A stretch of 24,000 nt of DNA from Salmonella phage PHA46. This document shows positions 17,326-24,000 of this stretch, piece after piece (position 1 is the stretch's first letter; every line of letters begins with the position of its first letter). The notes below the pieces were generated by a model. It did not search any database and was not told the DNA's origin. It saw only the letters and a list, made by a program, of their open reading frames with translations. The translations under genes and the position numbers were made by a program. The stretch is taken from the sequence record PP191103.1. One strand, written 5' to 3'.

Positions 17326-18972
<1,647 letters not shown>

Positions 18973-18981
18973 GATTTATAA

Positions 18982-20342
<1,361 letters not shown>

Positions 20343-20390
20343 TTACGAAAGTATGACAACAAGAAGTCATTAAAAAATCTTGAAAATTAT

Positions 20391-20421
20391 TTGGGACATT
20401 TTGAGAAAAATGTGATATAAT
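20391..20421 (+). promoter_or_regulatory. Promoter P2 of gene 32
   Basis: TTGGGACA, GGGACA-17-TATAAT, ATGTGATATAATA. Confidence 0.83.
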
Positions 20422-20427
20422 AATTAT

Positions 20428-20538
20428 ACCGGGACACATTGATGTAGAACGGTAATCTACGGAAGACAATGAATGTCTAACGTTAACAAAGAAGCAAATT
20501 AAAATCGAAACAAAGAAACAAACGTAAAGGAATACAAT
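20428..20538 (+). promoter_or_regulatory. Structured/A-rich leader of gene 32, candidate autogenous operator
   Basis: Two small stem-loops (GTAGA...TCTAC, AGAC...GTCT) followed by a purine/A-rich unstructured run up to the SD AAAGGA. Confidence 0.45.
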
Positions 20539-21591
20539 ATGAAAACTCTAGCTGAAATTCGTGCTCAACTAAAAGCAGACGCAGAACGCTCCGAAGCAAT
20601 CAAGAATGGTACTTTCACAGGTAATCGTCAACCAGACGCATTCTTAGCTTTTTGGAACATTCCAGAGAACACACCACTAAACCTACGCTTCCTACCAGAT
20701 GCAGATGAAAACAACCCATTCTTCTGGCGTGAGCGTGACATGATTACCCTTGAGTTCAACGGCGTTGTTGGTATGCATACTGATAAAGTTCGTGTTCAAG
20801 TACCATGTAATGAAATGTGGGTTCCAAAGTCTTGCCCTGTACTAAACGAACTACGTAAGTGGTACGAAAGTGCAAAAGAAACTGGCAACGATGAACTAAA
20901 ACAACTAGCTAGTAAATACTGGAAGAAAAAATCTTATCTACTACAGTGCTTCATTGCACCAGATTCAGTAGCAGTTAAAGATGATATGGCTCCAGAGAAT
21001 CCAATTCGTCGCGTACTAGTCAATAAGGAAATTTTTGATAAAATCAAATCTATCCTAATGAATCCCGGTATCAAAGAACTACCTACTCATTACGAAGAAG
21101 GTCGTGATTTTGGTGTCGTTAAGACTCGTAACGGCGGTGGTTTCAACAAATATGACATGTCTCAATTCTCCATGTCCGAACGTCCACTAAATGCCGAAGA
21201 ACGTGCTGCTATTGAAAAATACGGCCTATTCGACCTAGGTGAATTCATGCCTAAGCAACCAACACCAGAAGAGTTGCAAGCAATCGCTGAAATGTTCGAA
21301 GCATCAGTTGATGGCAAACCATATGACCCTGCACGTTGGGCTTTCGCTTACCGTCCAGCAGGTGTTCAAAAACCAAACGGTAACACTCCAGCTACCACCG
21401 CAGCAGTAACCCAAACTGTTACTACAGCTACGCTAACTCAGCCTCTAGTTGAAGCACAACAAGCACCTGTTACTCCAGCGGCACAACCAACCCAAACTGC
21501 TCCAGTAGTTAACACTACTCCAGCATCAGCAACTAAACCAGCGGTATCTGCTTCTGATCTAGTAGCTCGTCTAAAAGGTGGCAACAAGTAA
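20539..21591 (+). CDS. 32: Single-stranded DNA-binding protein gp32
   Basis: LAFWNIPENTPLNLRFLPDADENNPFFWRER, MHTDKVRVQVPCNEMWVPKSCPVLNELRKWYE and LLQCFIAPDSV resemble the gp32 core; promoter and leader context. Confidence 0.85.
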   Translation: MKTLAEIRAQLKADAERSEAIKNGTFTGNRQPDAFLAFWNIPENTPLNLRFLPDADENNPFFWRERDMITLEFNGVVGMHTDKVRVQVPCNEMWVPKSCPVLNELRKWYESAKETGNDELKQLASKYWKKKSYLLQCFIAPDSVAVKDDMAPENPIRRVLVNKEIFDKIKSILMNPGIKELPTHYEEGRDFGVVKTRNGGGFNKYDMSQFSMSERPLNAEERAAIEKYGLFDLGEFMPKQPTPEELQAIAEMFEASVDGKPYDPARWAFAYRPAGVQKPNGNTPATTAAVTQTVTTATLTQPLVEAQQAPVTPAAQPTQTAPVVNTTPASATKPAVSASDLVARLKGGNK

Positions 21592-21599
21592 TTTTCATA

Positions 21600-21625
21600 G
21601 GGGCTAAGGATTGGCCCCATTTTAT
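21600..21625 (+). terminator. Terminator after gp32
   Basis: GGGGCTA-aggat-TGGCCCC followed by ATTTTATTT. Confidence 0.6.
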
Positions 21626-21640
21626 TTCAAGGAGTGAAAT

Positions 21641-22762
21641 ATGAAACTATCGTCTGGTTTTTCTAATATTCTAAAAAATAGTACTGCATCAGTTAAGAAG
21701 AATTCTGGTGTCAGCGTTGGATTCCATGATCCTGATACATGGGTAAGTACTGGTAACTTTGCATTGAACTATCGCATTAGCGGTGATTTCAACAAGGGTA
21801 TTCCTCTTGGTAAAGTAACTATGTTTGCTGGTGAATCTGGCAGTGGTAAATCATTCATCGTAAGTGGTAATATTGCACGTGAAGCACAACAACAAGGTAT
21901 CTTTGTTGTACTAATCGATTCTGAGAACGCTCTAGATTCTGATTGGCTACATGCTCTAGGTGTAGATACTTCTGAAGACAAACTTCTAAAAATGAACATG
22001 GGTATGATTGGTGATGTTGCTAAATTTACTTATGAGTTCATTGAAGGTTATCGTAAGGAATATGAAAACGTACCACGTGAAGAACGTATGAAAGTACTAT
22101 TCATCATCGACTCAATCGGTATGCTTAATACTGAAATCGCAAATGACCAGATGAAAGCTGGTACAATGAAAGGCGATATGGGTCACAAACCAAAACAACT
22201 TAAAGCGTATATTACAAACTGCGTAAACTCTCTAGGCTCACTAAACATTGGTATGGTTTGTGTAAACCACAGTTATGAGTCACAAGATATGTTTAACCCT
22301 GATCCAAAAATCAGTGGTGGTAGTGGTCTTGTTTATGCTTCATCTATCGTAGTAGCTATGGGTAAACTAAAGCTAAAAGAAGACGAAGACGGCAACAAAA
22401 CTTCTGACGTAAGCGGTATTCGTTCTAAGTGTAAAGTAATGAAAACTCGTTATAACAAACCTTTCGAAGATGTAGAGATTAAAATCCCTTATGAAAGAGG
22501 TATGAACCCACGTAGCGGTCTACTTGATATGTTTGAAAAATATGGGTTAGTTACTAAATCTGGTAACCGTCTACTATATGTAGATATTGATACTGGCGAG
22601 CAAATTCTTCAATATGCAAAAGCATGGCGAGCTAATGAAAACAGTTGTTTAGATCTAGTCATGAATCAGTTTAATCGTCACCCTCTAATCAGCCCACTAA
22701 CTGAAGAAGAAAAAGGTGATGAAGAATTCGGTACTGATATCGAAGGAACTGAAGGAGAATAA
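21641..22762 (+). CDS. uvsX: RecA-like recombinase UvsX
   Basis: Walker A AGESGSGKS, IDSENALDSDWL, VLFIIDSIGML, ISGGSGLVYASSIVVAM. Confidence 0.95.
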   Translation: MKLSSGFSNILKNSTASVKKNSGVSVGFHDPDTWVSTGNFALNYRISGDFNKGIPLGKVTMFAGESGSGKSFIVSGNIAREAQQQGIFVVLIDSENALDSDWLHALGVDTSEDKLLKMNMGMIGDVAKFTYEFIEGYRKEYENVPREERMKVLFIIDSIGMLNTEIANDQMKAGTMKGDMGHKPKQLKAYITNCVNSLGSLNIGMVCVNHSYESQDMFNPDPKISGGSGLVYASSIVVAMGKLKLKEDEDGNKTSDVSGIRSKCKVMKTRYNKPFEDVEIKIPYERGMNPRSGLLDMFEKYGLVTKSGNRLLYVDIDTGEQILQYAKAWRANENSCLDLVMNQFNRHPLISPLTEEEKGDEEFGTDIEGTEGE

Positions 22763-22764
22763 TA

Positions 22765-23226
22765 ATGCGGCCTTGGCATTGGGTTATCAAAGATGATAAA
22801 ACCAAGATTGTTGATATGATTGAGTACTATGATGGTGAGCTTGAAGAGGCTCGCCGTGAAGTAAAACAAATCGGTGTTATTGAGAAGTTAGCCCAGCAAT
22901 TACCAGCTTGGCACGAAACCCGATTCAGTCAGTTACAACAACTAGAAGCTGTACTTGAAGTATTGGAAATTGAAATGAAACAGTTGGAAGGTGAAAAGTT
23001 CAAGCATTTTCTTGAACATTATAAACGCCAATTATCTAGCTCAGACTGTAAACGCTATGTTGAAGGTGACAAAGAAGTTGCAGAATTAGCAGAGCTTATT
23101 AACGAAGTAGCATATATTCGTAACCAGTACACAAGTATTGTAAAGTCATTAGAAATGAAAGCATTCCAGTTAAACAATATTGTTAAACTAAGAACTGCTG
23201 GCATTGAAGATGCAAGATTAGACTAA
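22765..23226 (+). CDS. Candidate UvsY-like recombination mediator
   Basis: Immediately follows uvsX. All-helical 153-aa protein with C-terminal SIVKSLEMKAFQLNNIVKLRTAGIED, resembling the organisation of UvsY; weak similarity only. Confidence 0.4.
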   Translation: MRPWHWVIKDDKTKIVDMIEYYDGELEEARREVKQIGVIEKLAQQLPAWHETRFSQLQQLEAVLEVLEIEMKQLEGEKFKHFLEHYKRQLSSSDCKRYVEGDKEVAELAELINEVAYIRNQYTSIVKSLEMKAFQLNNIVKLRTAGIEDARLD

Positions 23227-23232
23227 TTTAAT

Positions 23233-23257
23233 AAGGACGCATTGAGCGTCCTTTTCT
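23233..23257 (+). terminator. Terminator
   Basis: AAGGACGC-attga-GCGTCCTT followed by TTC. Confidence 0.75.
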
Positions 23258-23271
23258 TTTGAGAATATATT

Positions 23272-24000
23272 ATGAATAAGATGGAAGAATTTCTACAGAA
23301 AGTGGTTGTAAACGATACGGAGACTACTGGTGTGGATGAGGATGATGATATTATTGAATTCAGTGCTTCGTTTCCAATGTCAGCACAGGATGGGATTGAT
23401 GATATTATTAACTACACAAATCGTTATAAACCACTAAAACCAGTACCAGCAATTGCATCTTCAGTACATTTCATTACTGACGACGATCTTGTAGATTGTG
23501 GTAGTTACAAAGATGATATTGAAAATATCGACGCACTCTTTACTTCACGTGAATTCTATGTGGGTCACAACGTTGATTTTGACCGTGATATGTATATTCA
23601 GAATCACCGTAAAAGTACTGGTATCGTACCAGAATATATGATCGACAATACTAAGTGGATTTGCACCTTACGTTTAGCAAAAAAACTTTTTGCCGAAGAT
23701 ATGGAATATGAAAACTTTAAACTAAGTTATCTATGGTTCAAGTATGGATTGAATAAAACAGTTGATCGACCAATCAATGCTCACGCAGCAAAGGATGACG
23801 TGTACATGTGCTTCAAAGTACTCGTCAAGCTAGTTGAGATCTGTATTGAACGTGGTGTAATTGATCCAAACCAAGATATCGGTGAACAAATTATTGCATT
23901 CTGCAATAAACCTTATCGTTATCAGATTATGCCTATTGGTAAACACAAAGGCGAAAAAATGAAAGATGTTCCCTTGAACTACTTGAACTGGATGATAACT
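23272..24000 (+). CDS. DEDDh (DnaQ/ExoX-like) 3'-5' exonuclease, 3' end outside window
   Basis: VVNDTETTGVDEDDDIIEFS, YVGHNVDFDRDMY, CTLRLAKKLF, NAHAAKDDVYMC, C-terminal MPIGKHKGEKMKDVPLNYLNWMI (ExoX-type tail). Missing from the ORF track because it runs off the edge. Confidence 0.85.
   Translation, partial: MNKMEEFLQKVVVNDTETTGVDEDDDIIEFSASFPMSAQDGIDDIINYTNRYKPLKPVPAIASSVHFITDDDLVDCGSYKDDIENIDALFTSREFYVGHNVDFDRDMYIQNHRKSTGIVPEYMIDNTKWICTLRLAKKLFAEDMEYENFKLSYLWFKYGLNKTVDRPINAHAAKDDVYMCFKVLVKLVEICIERGVIDPNQDIGEQIIAFCNKPYRYQIMPIGKHKGEKMKDVPLNYLNWMIT

Overview
This 24 kb window is a segment of a divergent T4-like (tevenvirus-type) myophage genome. At the left is the head module: the 3' part of the portal gene (gp20), two small prohead-core-type ORFs, the prohead protease (gp21), scaffold (gp22) and a short major capsid protein (gp23). 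It is followed by a compositionally different insert: two tiny ORFs, a GIY-YIG/T5orf172-like ORF, a His-rich tail-fibre/collar adhesin and a mini Tfa-like ORF. Replication genes follow: DsbA-like protein, DNA polymerase gp43, a 190-aa unknown ORF, sliding clamp gp45, a metallophosphoesterase, an FmdB zinc ribbon, a GroES-like protein and an RNase H/FEN-like nuclease. Two minus-strand paralogous ORFs lie among them. The right side carries large terminase gp17, ssDNA-binding protein gp32, UvsX, a possible UvsY-like mediator and a truncated DEDDh exonuclease.

Regulation can be read directly from repeated motifs. TTGGGACA-N16/17-TGTGATATAATA recurs upstream of replication genes. [T/C/G]ATAAATA recurs about 53-55 nt upstream of most structural gene starts, on both strands. 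Some terminators are fused to or straddle promoters.

The strongest oddity is a 59-nt segment of the portal gene (52/59 identical, 19/20 aa) embedded in the unknown ORF between polymerase and clamp. I see no complete new defence or retron-like system. No CRISPR array, tRNA or retroelement is evident by eye. All calls are from reading the sequence; no database search was run.
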